A DNA stretch of 64,000 nucleotides from an uncultured delta proteobacterium (GCA_963723235.1 CAVRPV010000011.1:129177-193176); one strand, 5' to 3'. Counted from the stretch's first letter, positions 1 through 10,199 are shown. Notes: generated from the letters alone by a model not told the origin. Numbers and translations are program-made.

Positions 1-189
1 CTGATAGATTCGGCTGAGCAGATTGCCCGCGAGGTGGAGAAGTCCCTGCGCGAAGGCAGCCTCCTGCGCACTGAGCCCGGAGGGCCGCCGCAGTATTTTG
101 TGACCGATATTCCCCAGCGTTTCGCTTCGACCGGCGCCCTGTTTCTGGGAGAATCCCTTGGGGATGTCCAGCTTATTGATATCATGTAG
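1..189 (+). CDS. murI: glutamate racemase, C-terminal part (5' end lies outside the window)
   Basis: The frame is open from the window edge to TAG at 187-189. The peptide LIDSAEQIAREVEKSL...YFVTDIPQRF...FLGE resembles MurI C-termini (recognised by eye). Confidence 0.55.
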   Translation: MIDSAEQIAREVEKSLREGSLLRTEPGGPPQYFVTDIPQRFASTGALFLGESLGDVQLIDIM

Positions 190-314
190 CAGGCTGTTGA
201 AAAACACCCATCTGCTGCGTTGTGCTTATCATTCGTCTTTGCGGCGTACGGCACAGTACGCCTCATTCCTCATGATTGCGCACGCCTTGCATGTGTGCGT
301 TTTTGAACAGCCTG
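190..314. repeat. ~125-bp near-palindromic intergenic element, copy 1
   Basis: Termini are CAGGCTGTTGAAAAA ... TTTTTGAACAGCCTG, with a central hairpin GCGGCGTAC-loop-GTACGCC. It is near-identical to the copies at 45393, 52551 and 62619. Confidence 0.85.
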
Positions 315-358
315 TATAATAAGATTTTTTCAACACCCTGGTAGAGAGCAGACCCGGT

Positions 359-955
359 ATGGCACGTAAAAAAAGAGCAGGTTTTTTCGGTTTTAAAACG
401 TTCATTGTGCTGCTCGTGCTGCTGGCTGCGGGCGCGCTTTTTCTGTACGTGCGCTCGGGCGGCACACTCAAAGAACTGGGCCGCTTTTTGCCGTCGGAAT
501 TGCGGCTTGACCCCCCGGCGTCTGCGCCGCAGGGATCCTGGGAGGCGAGCATTTTTTTCGGCGATCCGGACACGGATCTTCTGATCGCTGAAAAACGAAC
601 GCTGCCCTGGGATAAAGATCCCGAGAAGCGGGCGCATCTGCTGATGACAGAGCTGTTGCGGGGTCCTACAGGTGCTGCCATGCGCACAACCCCGGACTCA
701 ACCGTGCTGCGCTCGGTTTCAATCACGTCTGATGGTTTGGCTAATGCTGATTTCAGCGCACAACTCTCCAGCGAGCATCCCGGCGGCAGCTCCTCGGAAT
801 TGCTGACCGTTTATTCAATCGTCAATACGCTTGTATTCAATATTGACGATATCAAGAAGGTGCAGATTTTAATTGAAGGACAAGCCATTGATACCATTGC
901 CGGGCATATGGATTGCCGCCAGCCCTTCGCACCGGATATAAAAATCATAAAATAG
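359..955 (+). CDS. GerM-domain protein with N-terminal membrane anchor
   Basis: 198-aa ORF with an N-terminal hydrophobic segment. The pattern LLRGPTG...VLRSVSITSDGLANADFS...IVNTLVFNIDDIKKVQILIEGQ is typical of GerM domains. Confidence 0.6.
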   Translation: MARKKRAGFFGFKTFIVLLVLLAAGALFLYVRSGGTLKELGRFLPSELRLDPPASAPQGSWEASIFFGDPDTDLLIAEKRTLPWDKDPEKRAHLLMTELLRGPTGAAMRTTPDSTVLRSVSITSDGLANADFSAQLSSEHPGGSSSELLTVYSIVNTLVFNIDDIKKVQILIEGQAIDTIAGHMDCRQPFAPDIKIIK

Positions 956-1097
956 ATGTTCCTCACAACGCTCCATATCTGGTATAATTCATAAGATTAT
1001 CCAGATAGAGTGCCTGGCTGCGCCGCAGTATTCCCGATGTCTTGTGGCGGGACGTGCCGGTAAACGTTTTTGTTTTGATTAAGGCTGCATAGAACCT

Positions 1098-3134
1098 ATG
1101 GCTCCTCAAATAAAGTTGGATAAAATTCGCAACATGGGCATTATGGCCCATATTGACGCGGGTAAGACCACGGTTACCGAGCGGATTCTGTTTTATTCCG
1201 GGAAGTCCCACAGAATTGGTGAGGTGCACAACGGTCAGGCGGTCATGGACTGGATGGAGCAGGAGCAGGAACGCGGCATTACCATCACCTCGGCGGTAAC
1301 TGATTTTGTCTGGAAGGGTCATGGTATTCACCTGATCGATACGCCCGGCCATGTTGATTTCACGATTGAGGTTGAGCGCAGCCTGCGGGTTTTGGATGGC
1401 TGTGTAGCTGTTTTCTGTGCGGTCGGCGGCGTTGAGCCGCAATCCGAAACCGTCTGGCATCAGGCCGACAAGTATCATGTGCCGCGCGTTGCATTTGTGA
1501 ATAAAATGGATCGCGTCGGCGCGGACTTTTTTGCCGTTGTGGAGCAGCTGCACGCAAAATTGGGCGCCAACGCGCTGCCGATTCAGCTGCCAATCGGCGC
1601 TGAGGACACCTTCCGCGGTGTGATCGATCTTATCGAGATGAAAATGATGCTCTGGCATGAGGAAGCCTTTGGCGATGCCTGGGATGAGCAGGACGTTCCG
1701 GACACCATGCTCGAGGCTGCTTCCGAATGGCGTGAGCGATTGGTGGAAGCGCTGGCTGAGCAGGACGACGCCCTGATGGAGAAATACCTGGCCGGCGAGG
1801 AGATCAGCGTCCGCGAGATCAAAACAGCGCTGCGTGCCGCAGTGCTTACGCGCACAATCATACCGGTTATGTGCGGCAGCGCCCTGAAGAACAAGGGGAT
1901 ACAGCCCATTCTTGACGCTGTTATTGATTACTTCCCCTCTCCGCTGGATGCTCCGCCGGTGCATGGCATTGTTCCTGAAACCGGAGTTGTGGCCGAGCGC
2001 AGCTGCAGCGATAAAGAGCCCCTGGCCGCCCTGGCATTCAAGGTGGTCATGGATGACGGCCGCAAGCTTACCTATCTGCGCATCTATTCCGGAACGATCA
2101 GTGTCGGTGAAGAACTCTATAATCCGGGCAAGAAAATTCGTGAAAAAATAGCGCGTATTTTCAGGATGCATGCCAATCGCAAGGAACGGGTTGAGCTGGC
2201 GCATGCCGGCGAGCTGATTTCGGTTATGGGCCTGAAGCAGACCACAACCGGCGACACGCTCTGCTCGGTCAAGGCCCCGATTCTGCTGGAATCAATGGAA
2301 TTTTACAAACCGGTTATTTCGGTGGCGATTGAGCCCAAGGGCATTGGCGATGAGGACCGGATGAACGCGGCCCTGGAAAAGCTGTCCGAGGAGGATCCGA
2401 CCTTTCACGCACGGGTTGACGAGGATTCCGGGCAGACGGTTATTTCCGGCATGGGTGAGCTGCATCTTGAAATAATCACCGACCGCATTCAGCGCGAGTT
2501 TCGCGTGCCGATCAGAACCGGCAAGCCGCAGGTGGTGTATCGTGAAACAATTCTGAAAGCGGTTGAGAGCGAAGGTGTTTTTGACCGTGAAATCAATGAT
2601 GCCAAACAGCACGGCCATGTTGTTGTGCGCCTGGAGCCGCTGCCGCGCGGCAGCGGGGTTGACTTTGTCTGTACGGCTCCGCCTGAAGCGGTTCCGCCGC
2701 AGTTTATTCCGGTAATCGAGCAGGCCTTCCATGACGCAACCCTGGCGGGCATGATGTCCGGCTATCCGATCGTCGATATAAAGGCCACACTCATCGGAGG
2801 GTCCTGCCGCGAAGGTTCATCAACCGAAATGGGCTACATCATGGCTACGGCTGCTGCTGTGAAGGAAGGCATTACAAAGGCCGAACCGCTGCTGCTGGAA
2901 CCGATCATGGATGTTGAAGTCGTCACGCCGAATGAATGCATCGGTGACGTGATAGCCGATATCAATACCCGCAAGGGCAAAATTGAAAATATTGCCGACA
3001 AGGGGCCGGCGCGGATCCTATCGGCCAGTGTGCCGCTGAAAAATATGTTCGGCTATTCTACGGCGCTGAGATCATCAAGCCAGGGCCGTGCCACGTTTAC
3101 GATGAAGTTTTCTAAATTTGAATACCTGGGCTGA
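1098..3134 (+). CDS. fusA: elongation factor G family GTPase
   Basis: Uninterrupted 678-aa ORF. Motifs [17 protein letters not shown] and NKMD, plus EF-G domains II-V. Confidence 0.95.
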   Translation: MAPQIKLDKIRNMGIMAHIDAGKTTVTERILFYSGKSHRIGEVHNGQAVMDWMEQEQERGITITSAVTDFVWKGHGIHLIDTPGHVDFTIEVERSLRVLDGCVAVFCAVGGVEPQSETVWHQADKYHVPRVAFVNKMDRVGADFFAVVEQLHAKLGANALPIQLPIGAEDTFRGVIDLIEMKMMLWHEEAFGDAWDEQDVPDTMLEAASEWRERLVEALAEQDDALMEKYLAGEEISVREIKTALRAAVLTRTIIPVMCGSALKNKGIQPILDAVIDYFPSPLDAPPVHGIVPETGVVAERSCSDKEPLAALAFKVVMDDGRKLTYLRIYSGTISVGEELYNPGKKIREKIARIFRMHANRKERVELAHAGELISVMGLKQTTTGDTLCSVKAPILLESMEFYKPVISVAIEPKGIGDEDRMNAALEKLSEEDPTFHARVDEDSGQTVISGMGELHLEIITDRIQREFRVPIRTGKPQVVYRETILKAVESEGVFDREINDAKQHGHVVVRLEPLPRGSGVDFVCTAPPEAVPPQFIPVIEQAFHDATLAGMMSGYPIVDIKATLIGGSCREGSSTEMGYIMATAAAVKEGITKAEPLLLEPIMDVEVVTPNECIGDVIADINTRKGKIENIADKGPARILSASVPLKNMFGYSTALRSSSQGRATFTMKFSKFEYLG

Positions 3135-3229
3135 GACATATCCGGACTGGTTGCGACTGTGCCACGGTTGATGGTAGTGCAACGCTTGAAAAAATGAAAT
3201 TGTTCACATTATAACAAGGAGAAGAAGCC

Positions 3230-3448
3230 ATGAGAGAACGCGTAGAAGAAGCCCTGAAAAAAATCAGACCGGCCCTTGAGGCTGACGGTGGCGGTATTGA
3301 ACTGGTTGATATCGTTGACGGTGTCGTGAGTGTGCGCCTGAAGGGTGCCTGCAAGGGCTGTCCCGGCGCCCAGATGACCATGAAAATGGGCGTTGAGAAA
3401 GTGATAAAGGACCAGGTGCCGGAAGTTAAATCAGTTCAGGCGGTGTAA
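3230..3448 (+). CDS. NifU C-terminal-domain-like Fe-S assembly protein
   Basis: 72-aa ORF with IRPALEADGGGIELVDI..VSVRLKGACKGCPGAQMT (CxxC). A GGAGAAG RBS lies upstream. Confidence 0.85.
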   Translation: MRERVEEALKKIRPALEADGGGIELVDIVDGVVSVRLKGACKGCPGAQMTMKMGVEKVIKDQVPEVKSVQAV

Positions 3449-3467
3449 GCCTGCAGCAGAGCGCGTC

Positions 3468-3688
3468 ATGGATTTTCTTCTCTGTGCAATCGGCCTGGTG
3501 CTCATTATGAGGGGATACCGTATTTCGCCTTCCCTGAAAAGATGAAGCAGATGCTGGCAAAAATACCGTGTATGCCCACATCGATCATGCGCGCGTTCGG
3601 CATGGTCGCGGTCGTGATTTTATTTATATTTCGGCCGGCTGTGAGGGCGCGCCCTGCCTGCTGTCCTGATACGTTCAATCAGAGCTGA
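3468..3688 (+). CDS. DUF2065-like small membrane protein (one frame interruption near 3509-3514)
   Basis: MDFLLCAIGLVLIM then, after a -1 shift, GIPYFAFPEKMKQMLAKIPCMPTSIMRAFGMVAV. A paralogous segment lies at 35558-35692. Confidence 0.5.
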
Positions 3689-3826
3689 GCGCTGATACCT
3701 CGGGTGACATGGGCCGGCATGGTCGCGGTCGGTGCCGGACTTATTCTGATTTATATTTCGCGCCGGTTGCTGTAGCCGGCCGCGCCCTGCCTGCTGTCCT
3801 GAATACGTTCAATCAGAGCCTGAAGC
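3596..3826. repeat. direct duplication of the DUF2065 gene 3' end plus downstream sequence
   Basis: ggcatggtcgcggtcg...gcgccctgcctgctgtcctga(a)tacgttcaatcagagc occurs twice (about 3596-3690 and 3716-3826). The second copy retains the fuller C-terminus MVAVGAGLILIYISRRLL*. Confidence 0.6.
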
Positions 3827-4159
3827 GCTGCATAAAACCCTCGGGCTTTTTCATGAACCCTGTTGCGAAGGGTTGCTGCGGATGTCTTTTCCCTGCGCCC
3901 GGGCAGGGGGTTGTATACTATTTAGAATAATGTTCGCATAGCTATTGAAGTATGGACGAATGCAGAAGAGCATGCTATAGTCCGCCCCGCAGGCTGGCCC
4001 TGTTTTGCGTATGCTGCAATCCGGGCGCGAGATTTTACTTGTAACAACACACGCAACGCGAAATATTTTCCAGGGAAATAAGCACAGATAACGGATCTAC
4101 GTAAGCCGACCGCGTGCAGCGGCGCCTGCCCTTTGCCTGGGGCGGAGAAAAGAGGAAAA

Positions 4160-5101
4160 ATGATGGATAATTACCGGATCGCAGAGAATCGACTTACCCT
4201 GATCACTCAGGGCGCAGGTCAGGTTTTAGTTGCAATTTCGCCTGATGATAACGAGAGAGCATTTCTTCAGGAGAAGTTTCTCATTGATGACTACGATCTG
4301 AGTTCCACCTTTGATCCGGATGAGGTTCCCCGGCTCGATCTGGACGATGGCCGGCTGCTTTTGATTTGCAAGCTGCCCCATAGCGCAACCATTTCCGAAG
4401 CTATTGAACTGGATGTCGGCGTGGTCGGATTGGCGCTTTTCCAGGATTGCCTTGCATTCGTGCGGGCAAGCGGCGGCTTGTCTTTCACGGACAGGGAATT
4501 TCGTAAAATCAACGATATCAAAGATGTGATGCTGGCGTTTTTGCTTCGCACAGTTAGACATTTTGTCAGCCACCTGAAGGTAATCAAGCAGATCAGCTCC
4601 GAGTTGGAGAAAAAAATCACCGTATCAATGGAGAACAAGCATCTTCTTCAAATGTTCAACCTCAGCGAAAGCCTTGTGTACTATGTTGACGCTATTGAGG
4701 CCAATGGGGCCGTGCTGGCAAAGCTGCGGAGCATATCCGCTCAGCTCGGGTTCCAGGAGCGCCATATTGAAATGCTTGAGGACATCATTCTGGAAAATAC
4801 CCAGGCCGCGCGACAGGCCGCTATCTACAGCTCGGTCCTCAGCGGCCTGATGGATGCGCGCGGCTCGATAGTAAACAACAACATGAACGTTTTGCTGAAG
4901 AACCTTACACTGATCAACACCGTGTTTCTGCCCCTGAACATCATCGCCAGCATCGGCGGCATGTCGGAGTGGACCATGATGACGAAAGGACTTCACTGGT
5001 GGCTTTCGTACAGCCTGTTCTCACTGGGTTTGGTGGTCTTCGGCTTGGGCACATGGGTGTTCATGAAGAAGGTAATTGACCGAAAGCCCCAGGAGCCCTG
5101 A
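4160..5101 (+). CDS. CorA-family (2-TM-GxN type) divalent-cation channel with GMS in place of GMN
   Basis: ATG at 4160 follows an AGAGGAAAAA RBS. The C-terminal pattern FLPLNIIASIGGMSEW plus two TM helices is CorA-like architecture. Confidence 0.75.
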   Translation: MMDNYRIAENRLTLITQGAGQVLVAISPDDNERAFLQEKFLIDDYDLSSTFDPDEVPRLDLDDGRLLLICKLPHSATISEAIELDVGVVGLALFQDCLAFVRASGGLSFTDREFRKINDIKDVMLAFLLRTVRHFVSHLKVIKQISSELEKKITVSMENKHLLQMFNLSESLVYYVDAIEANGAVLAKLRSISAQLGFQERHIEMLEDIILENTQAARQAAIYSSVLSGLMDARGSIVNNNMNVLLKNLTLINTVFLPLNIIASIGGMSEWTMMTKGLHWWLSYSLFSLGLVVFGLGTWVFMKKVIDRKPQEP

Positions 5102-5233
5102 AGCGAATCCGCCGAAAGCATCCGCTGACCTCCGGGTGAGCCGCTTTATAAAGGGCTGCATCTGATAATCAAGTGCAGCCTTTTGCTGGAAAATCATCAA
5201 CATGCCGGGCTTGCATCAGACAGGAGAAAAGCA

Positions 5234-5611
5234 GTGACACCATCTTCAATGATAATAATCACGTCAGCGCTGGTGTTCTATTCCATCGGGGTGTGGTGTG
5301 AACGTTTCGCAGGCAGACTGAAAGCCTGGCATCTTGTTGCCTTCTGGCTGGGGCTCGTGTGCGATACATGGGGCACCGGAATGATGTTTGACATGGCCGG
5401 CGGGATGACGTTTGATGTCCACGGGCTGACAGGCGTGCTCGCCATCATCTTGATGTTGATACACGCAGTCTGGGCAAGCGTAGTCCTATTGAGAAAAGAT
5501 GAGTACTGGATTAGGAGCTTCCATAAGTTCAGCGTGGTCGTGTGGGTGATCTGGCTTGTTCCTTATTTCAGCCCGGTTTTCTTGGCAATTGGAAGGCAGG
5601 GGGCAGGGTAG
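5234..5611 (+). CDS. small 4-TM membrane protein (HsmA/TIGR03987-like, by recollection)
   Basis: GTG at 5234 lies 6 nt after AGGAGA. Hydrophobic ORF: ALVFYSIGVWCERFAGRLKAWH...VHGLTGVLAIILMLIHAVWA. Confidence 0.5.
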   Translation: MTPSSMIIITSALVFYSIGVWCERFAGRLKAWHLVAFWLGLVCDTWGTGMMFDMAGGMTFDVHGLTGVLAIILMLIHAVWASVVLLRKDEYWIRSFHKFSVVVWVIWLVPYFSPVFLAIGRQGAG

Positions 5612-5633
5612 CCTGGCGACCCGGTTCGCACTG

Positions 5634-5684
5634 TCATGCGCCTTCAACGATTTTGATTTCCTCCTCCGTCAGGCCATAAAGTTC
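5634..5684 (-). pseudogene. 16-codon remnant resembling the C-terminus of restriction-modification methylase/specificity proteins
   Basis: The minus-strand peptide ELYGLTEEEIKIVEGA* is preceded by an in-frame stop. The LYGLTEEEIKIVE tail is characteristic of R-M proteins (by recollection). Confidence 0.35.
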
Positions 5685-5785
5685 CTACATCATGTTGTCA
5701 TAGTCCGGCCTTTGCTTATATCTCTTCGTTTCATTCCCCTCAATTCAATAAAATTAAGCAAGGGCGATCTTCACTTGCTTATGTT

Positions 5786-5838
5786 GCCGGACAGCTGCGG
5801 CCTACGACTGCGCTCAGGACAGGCTTAATCCGGCCTGA
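5786..5838. repeat. degenerate REP-like hairpin
   Basis: GCCGGACAGCTGCGG...CGCTCAGGACAGGCTTAATCCGGCCTGA resembles the long REP variant at 10148 and 26559. Confidence 0.4.
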
Positions 5839-5892
5839 CAACTTAAGCGGCTACAACATTAATTTTTTTCATTTATAAGGTTGACCACCATG

Positions 5893-6861
5893 TTACAGAT
5901 CACGTCCTTTTTCTTGCGGTCTGCTTTCGGCAATGAGCAATGTTATCGCCACCAGGGCATTGTCAGCAAGGCGTTTTGTGCCATCATCACGGAGCAACAG
6001 GCTGTTCTTCTCCATAAACCAGAGGAACAATGCAGCAGCAATGCGCTTGTTCCCGTCGACAAAGCTGTGGTTTTTTACAAGAAAGTACAGCAGGTGCGCG
6101 GCCTTTTCCTCAAGGCCCGGATATGCCTCTGTACGCCGCGCATGTCTGCATGACAGCACTCAGGGAGCCGGACAGACTATCGTCCTTTCCTTGCCGAACA
6201 ACAAGGAAGCGCCGAATTTACCCCGCAAACGCTCTATCATGTCCACGGCTTCTTCATAGGTAATTGCCCTGACTTTGCCCTTGCGGGTCTTGCCTTGTTT
6301 TCAGCCGCTGATGATCATAATCGTCGAGCAGATCAAGCGCGTAGGAATAATCAGCCACAACATGTAAAAGAGCCCGGGCCTGGTCGGTGGTGACATCATA
6401 GCGGTCAAGCACCTGCTCGACGAGCTTCAAGGATTGCCGAAGCTCTTTCAGGCGGCGCTCGTTGACGGAATATCCCTTAACCAGATGATCTTTCATAATC
6501 TGCGTAGCCCAGATACGAAACTGAGTGCCCCGCTGGGATTTGACCCGGTAACCGACCGAAATGATAACGTCGAGATTGTAATAATCCACATCACGTTCAA
6601 CCTGCCGCTTTCCCTCCAGTTTGAACTATCCGGAATTTCCGGATAGTTCGATCACTTTGTAATTCCTTTTTCTTTATATATATTTTTGACATGCTCCGAT
6701 ATAGTCCGGCGGTCTTTATCAAAAAGCTCACTCATTTGAACCTGTGATAACCACACGGTTTCCTGCTCCAGCTTTACATCCAGAGCAGCCTTGCCGCCTT
6801 TTGCCTGATAAATAACTATTTCGCCTTTGTTTGCTTCTTTCATACAGCAACCCCATCCCAA
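5893..6861 (-). CDS. RhuM-family / Fic-DOC fusion protein (at least 3 frame interruptions as assembled)
   Basis: Fragments 6652..6861 (EIVIYQAKGGKAALDVKLEQETVWLSQVQMSELF), 6254..6589 (DYYNLDVIISVGYRVKSQRGTQFRIWAT) and 5893..6159 (HSFVDGNKR Fic motif). Reading across frames restores KEGELQSDRTIRKFRIVQ.EGKRQVERDVDYYNLD. Confidence 0.8.
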
Positions 6862-7050
6862 AGCAGGTCCGTCAACTGCAGCCTGTGCAATTTTTGCACA
6901 GGCTGCCCGGGCTCCTATTCACCGCGTGAACATAAATCGCATAATACTTACATAATTTGTAAGCATTATACACGCTAATTCATAATGCTAAACGCTATCA
7001 GAGGATATCACAATTTGTGATATGTTCCTGATCTCACCGCAGTTCAGAGT

Positions 7051-7228
7051 TCGTAGGCCGGACTGAAATCCGCCGTAGCGGATATGTCCGGCACATTTTT
7101 TATTTAACACATTTGCCGGACACGCTCACGCTTTGTCCGGCCTACAATGCCATGGTTTAAAACCTGTCAAATTCGGCCAGTGAGCTTTTTAATGTAGGCC
7201 GGACTCACTTTGCTTTGTCCGGCCTGCA
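7051..7228. repeat. REP array (three hairpin units plus a conserved ~45-nt linker)
   Basis: GTAGGCCGGACT...GTCCGGC, then GCCGGACACGCTCACGCTTTGTCCGGCCTACAA, then the linker tgccatggtttaaaacctgtcaaattcggccagtgagc, then TGTAGGCCGGAC...GTCCGGCCTGCA. Confidence 0.85.
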
Positions 7229-7274
7229 GCTGTTGACGACAAGACAGGCATCCGCAATGTTTTTTATGAACTTA

Positions 7275-7883
7275 CTATTTTTCTGCGGCCGGGATCAAGC
7301 CGTCTTTTGTCATGCGCTTGACCATAACAGCGATAAAGTCCGAGATAAGGCGATCCTGCTTCGCCTGGTCTATCCAGGTGTCCGACAGCGCTGTCCAGGC
7401 CAGTTTCTCGGTCTTGATATCGTAGACATTGGTCTCGAGCCTCGCGACCTGCTCACTCACAATATAACCGGGATCTATCATGGACGAATACCCCATACCG
7501 TAATATCCGCCCCACCTGCCGTAGGACGGCGGATAGTAGGTATCGACCTTTTCTTTATTGATCAGGCGCGTAGCCAGCACGGCGTCCGCCCCCAGTGTGC
7601 GGATCTTTTCGGCAGCGCCCTTCTTGTCGTTCAGCTCTTCGAGCGTTATGACTTCGTAGCTTTTGATAACGCTCACACCATGAGCCGCAAGGCTCTGAGC
7701 GAAGGTATCCTCAAATGACCTGCGCATGGCGGGCTCTTTGGCGATACCGACCACCATCATTTTCTTGATCGTTCCCATCTCTACATTCGGGTCTTTCCAA
7801 ACCTTCGTCAGCGTCGTGGTCGCGCAGGAAGCTGCGGCGAACATTAAAACCAGCGAAATTAAAAGCCAAAATCTGTTCTTCAT
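7275..7883 (-). CDS. lipoprotein (DUF4136-like, by recollection)
   Basis: ATG at 7883 follows a GGAGAC RBS. Signal peptide and lipobox: MKNRFWLLISLVLMFAAASC. Confidence 0.6.
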   Translation of the reverse strand: MKNRFWLLISLVLMFAAASCATTTLTKVWKDPNVEMGTIKKMMVVGIAKEPAMRRSFEDTFAQSLAAHGVSVIKSYEVITLEELNDKKGAAEKIRTLGADAVLATRLINKEKVDTYYPPSYGRWGGYYGMGYSSMIDPGYIVSEQVARLETNVYDIKTEKLAWTALSDTWIDQAKQDRLISDFIAVMVKRMTKDGLIPAAEK

Positions 7884-7925
7884 AGTGGTCTCCTTTGTAT
7901 TGTTGGTTTTTATTAAAACACGTCT

Positions 7926-7956
7926 GCCGGACAGCTCGCGCCTTGTCCAGCCTGCA
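7926..7956. repeat. single REP unit
   Basis: GCCGGACAGCTCGCGCCTTGTCCAGCCTGCA. Confidence 0.55.
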
Positions 7957-7963
7957 CCTGTTA

Positions 7964-8619
7964 TCACTGCATCAACGTCTTCAAGCCGCTTCTGAGTATT
8001 TCAACGCCAATACAGATAACAAAAAATGCTGCCATTTTAGATATTGCCAGTGCCGCAGCCGGCGAAAATTTATTGCGAATGTACTTCACGTTAACGTAGC
8101 AGAGATACACGAGCACGCACATGGCAATAATCGCGATCAGCCCGGCTATATGCGCGGAAAACGCGAACAGCGAATCATGCCCTGCATGCGCGCCGAAGGT
8201 AATGGCAACAGCCAGGCCACCGGGGCCGATAGTGATTGGAAACGTAAATGGGTAAAAACTTTTTTTCATCCGCGGAGGCATCGGTATCGTGCTCAGGATG
8301 GCCCTCGGTTTTTTTTGTGCTGTCGTCAGCGTTGAGCATCTGCCACCCCATGAGGGCAAGCACAAGGCCGCCCGATACCTGCACCACGGGGATTGTAATG
8401 CCAAAAAGTTTTAGAAACAAAACGCCGAACAGATAAAAAATCAATAAAAGAATAAAAGAGTTTGAAGGCTATCTTCAGCGAAATTTTTTTCCAGACATCC
8501 GGATGCACGTCCTTCGTCATTCCCGATAGAATCAGTGCGGTCCCGATCGGATTAACAACCGGGAACAACGCCATAAAAATAGTTGGAATGACTTTTAATG
8601 CGATCAGCAGCGTGGTCAT
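7964..8619 (-). CDS. MarC-family (UPF0056) membrane protein (two frame interruptions)
   Basis: Fragments 8326..8619 (FMALFPVVNPIGTALILSGMT), 8175..8444 and 7964..8404 (YPFTFPITIGPGGLAVAI...) together tile a MarC-like protein. Confidence 0.8.
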
Positions 8620-9120
8620 ACATGCACCTCTTTGACTATGAGTTTATTATCGGGCGTCGTGTCTAGTATATCAAAACATGCGGGCCGCCGTAACAAATTA
8701 AAATTCGTGGAATCGCGGTTCTTGTCGCCGGCACATGCTGACCAGCTCTGAACAAAATCTCAGGGTATCCATTTTTTTGAAATATACCCCACACGCTGCC
8801 GCAGGACCGCCCGTGGGGCGGCGAAAACGATTGCAAGGGCAAGCATACGCGTAGCTTTGATCCCGGGGCTCATCCATCGTGGTAGCAGTCGCAAGAATTT
8901 GATTCGATCAATTGAGAGTATAAAATGATGGAGGTTGTGTGTCAATAAGCTCTGTTGTACAATGTCGCAATGGTGATAGCAATTGCGGCCTCGTAAAACG
9001 AATGTTGCCATGGGGCCTCAAGGGTAGATTGCTGAGAAACGTTGATTAATAATGCGCTGCACAGGATGTAAAGCCTTGTTTCTTAATATCTCACCGGAAA
9101 GAAAAGGGAGGAAAGAGAGA

Positions 9121-9411
9121 ATGACAGTTACAACTCGTTTTTCGCTATGTCTGGTAATACTGCTTTGCTCGCTCCTATGCGGCTGCGGCCCGTTTGTCGT
9201 AACAGAAACAGGATATGATGCTGACGGTGAAGTCGGTTCCGAGACGGTGAGTATAACGACGGCCCGGCTCCCCGGGTTTTGTCGGAAAGCGGAGATGTGC
9301 CCGACAGCGCAATCAACAATTCGGGAATTGCTGAACAGGATGACACTGTCGGGATGCCCGATGAATAACGCTACGGTGCTTCTTTATTCAGGGAAAACGA
9401 TATCCAGATAG
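9121..9411 (+). CDS. small hypothetical lipoprotein
   Basis: ATG at 9121 follows GGGAGGAAAGAGAGA. Begins MTVTTRFSLCLVILLCSLLCGC (lipobox). Confidence 0.45.
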   Translation: MTVTTRFSLCLVILLCSLLCGCGPFVVTETGYDADGEVGSETVSITTARLPGFCRKAEMCPTAQSTIRELLNRMTLSGCPMNNATVLLYSGKTISR

Positions 9412-10037
9412 TTGAGCATCTCGTCTTTGTGCTGCTCCAGGCAGGCAGCAAAAACGCAGCCCTGCTCATAGGGGCACGGGGCAAGAGTGTGATGTCCCGC
9501 ATATACGGTTCCCTGTCCGCCGCCTTCACGGTCGCGAATCAGCAGAAGCATCCTGCCCGCGCAGCTTTTGGGGCCCGCAGGTGCTTCGCCGGAGTGTATG
9601 GTAAATACATACGTTTTCTCATCAGCGGCGTATGGAGCCCACGCGAAACCACCCGGAAGCGCCATGCCGTCTTCAGGGATCAGGCTTGTTTCAGATCCGC
9701 CGGCAGGATCGTAGCATGTCAGGTGGAATTCGACAGTGTAACGTGATTGCTCAGGGTCAGGCATGTAGGTATATCCGTACTGCTGCATCTGAGCTATGCC
9801 CGCTCTCTCAAGTTCGACTATACCTATATCGCTACCCTTCACCCATTCCCCGCCGGCAATCTTGAAATTTGTTATGCGCAGGTTAAATGTGGCTTTCTGC
9901 GCATTAAAATTATCAATATCTTGGGTTACAACAGCAGGATTATTGGCGGGGTCACTGCTCGCAAGCCTGGCTTTTGATCCTGTGCAGGCACCACATACCA
10001 GAGCAGACAACGCAACTGCAATCAGTAGATTCTTCAT
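9384..10037 (-). CDS. hypothetical lipoprotein
   Basis: 217-aa ORF beginning MKNLLIAVALSALVCGAC (lipobox). I recognised no family. Confidence 0.6.
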   Translation of the reverse strand: MKNLLIAVALSALVCGACTGSKARLASSDPANNPAVVTQDIDNFNAQKATFNLRITNFKIAGGEWVKGSDIGIVELERAGIAQMQQYGYTYMPDPEQSRYTVEFHLTCYDPAGGSETSLIPEDGMALPGGFAWAPYAADEKTYVFTIHSGEAPAGPKSCAGRMLLLIRDREGGGQGTVYAGHHTLAPCPYEQGCVFAACLEQHKDEMLNYLDIVFPE

Positions 10038-10147
10038 GGTGGCGGTTTCTCCAATCTTAATTAATTGTATTCGGGGTTTAGCATGGTTGCCCTGTCAGAG
10101 CGGCTATGCACGCCGGTATTCCTGTATCTTTGTATCTTCGGCATTGT

Positions 10148-10199
10148 GCCCGACACGTTGCGCCCATGACTTCGCTCAGGGCATGTTTTGTCCGGCCTG
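10148..10199. repeat. long-variant REP hairpin
   Basis: GCCCGACACGTTGCGC..CTTCGCTCAGGGCATGTTTTGTCCGGCCTGA. The same variant occurs at 26559-26611. Confidence 0.5.

Noticed and set aside
229-726. Similar peptides (..GCSK..CKA..MRNEAY...RR.DE) translated from the palindromic element copies, for example the ends of ORFs 229..726, 52596..52871 and 45199..45588.
   Set aside because: They have no consistent start codon or RBS. The reading frames enter from unrelated flanking sequence, and the conservation is explained by DNA-level repeat identity.
6623-6649. A perfect 13-bp-arm palindrome, GAACTATCCGGAA-T-TTCCGGATAGTTC.
   Set aside because: It lies inside the reconstructed RhuM coding sequence, where it encodes ..DRTIRKFRIV.., a conserved part of the family. 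It is not intergenic, so I did not call it an operator or terminator.
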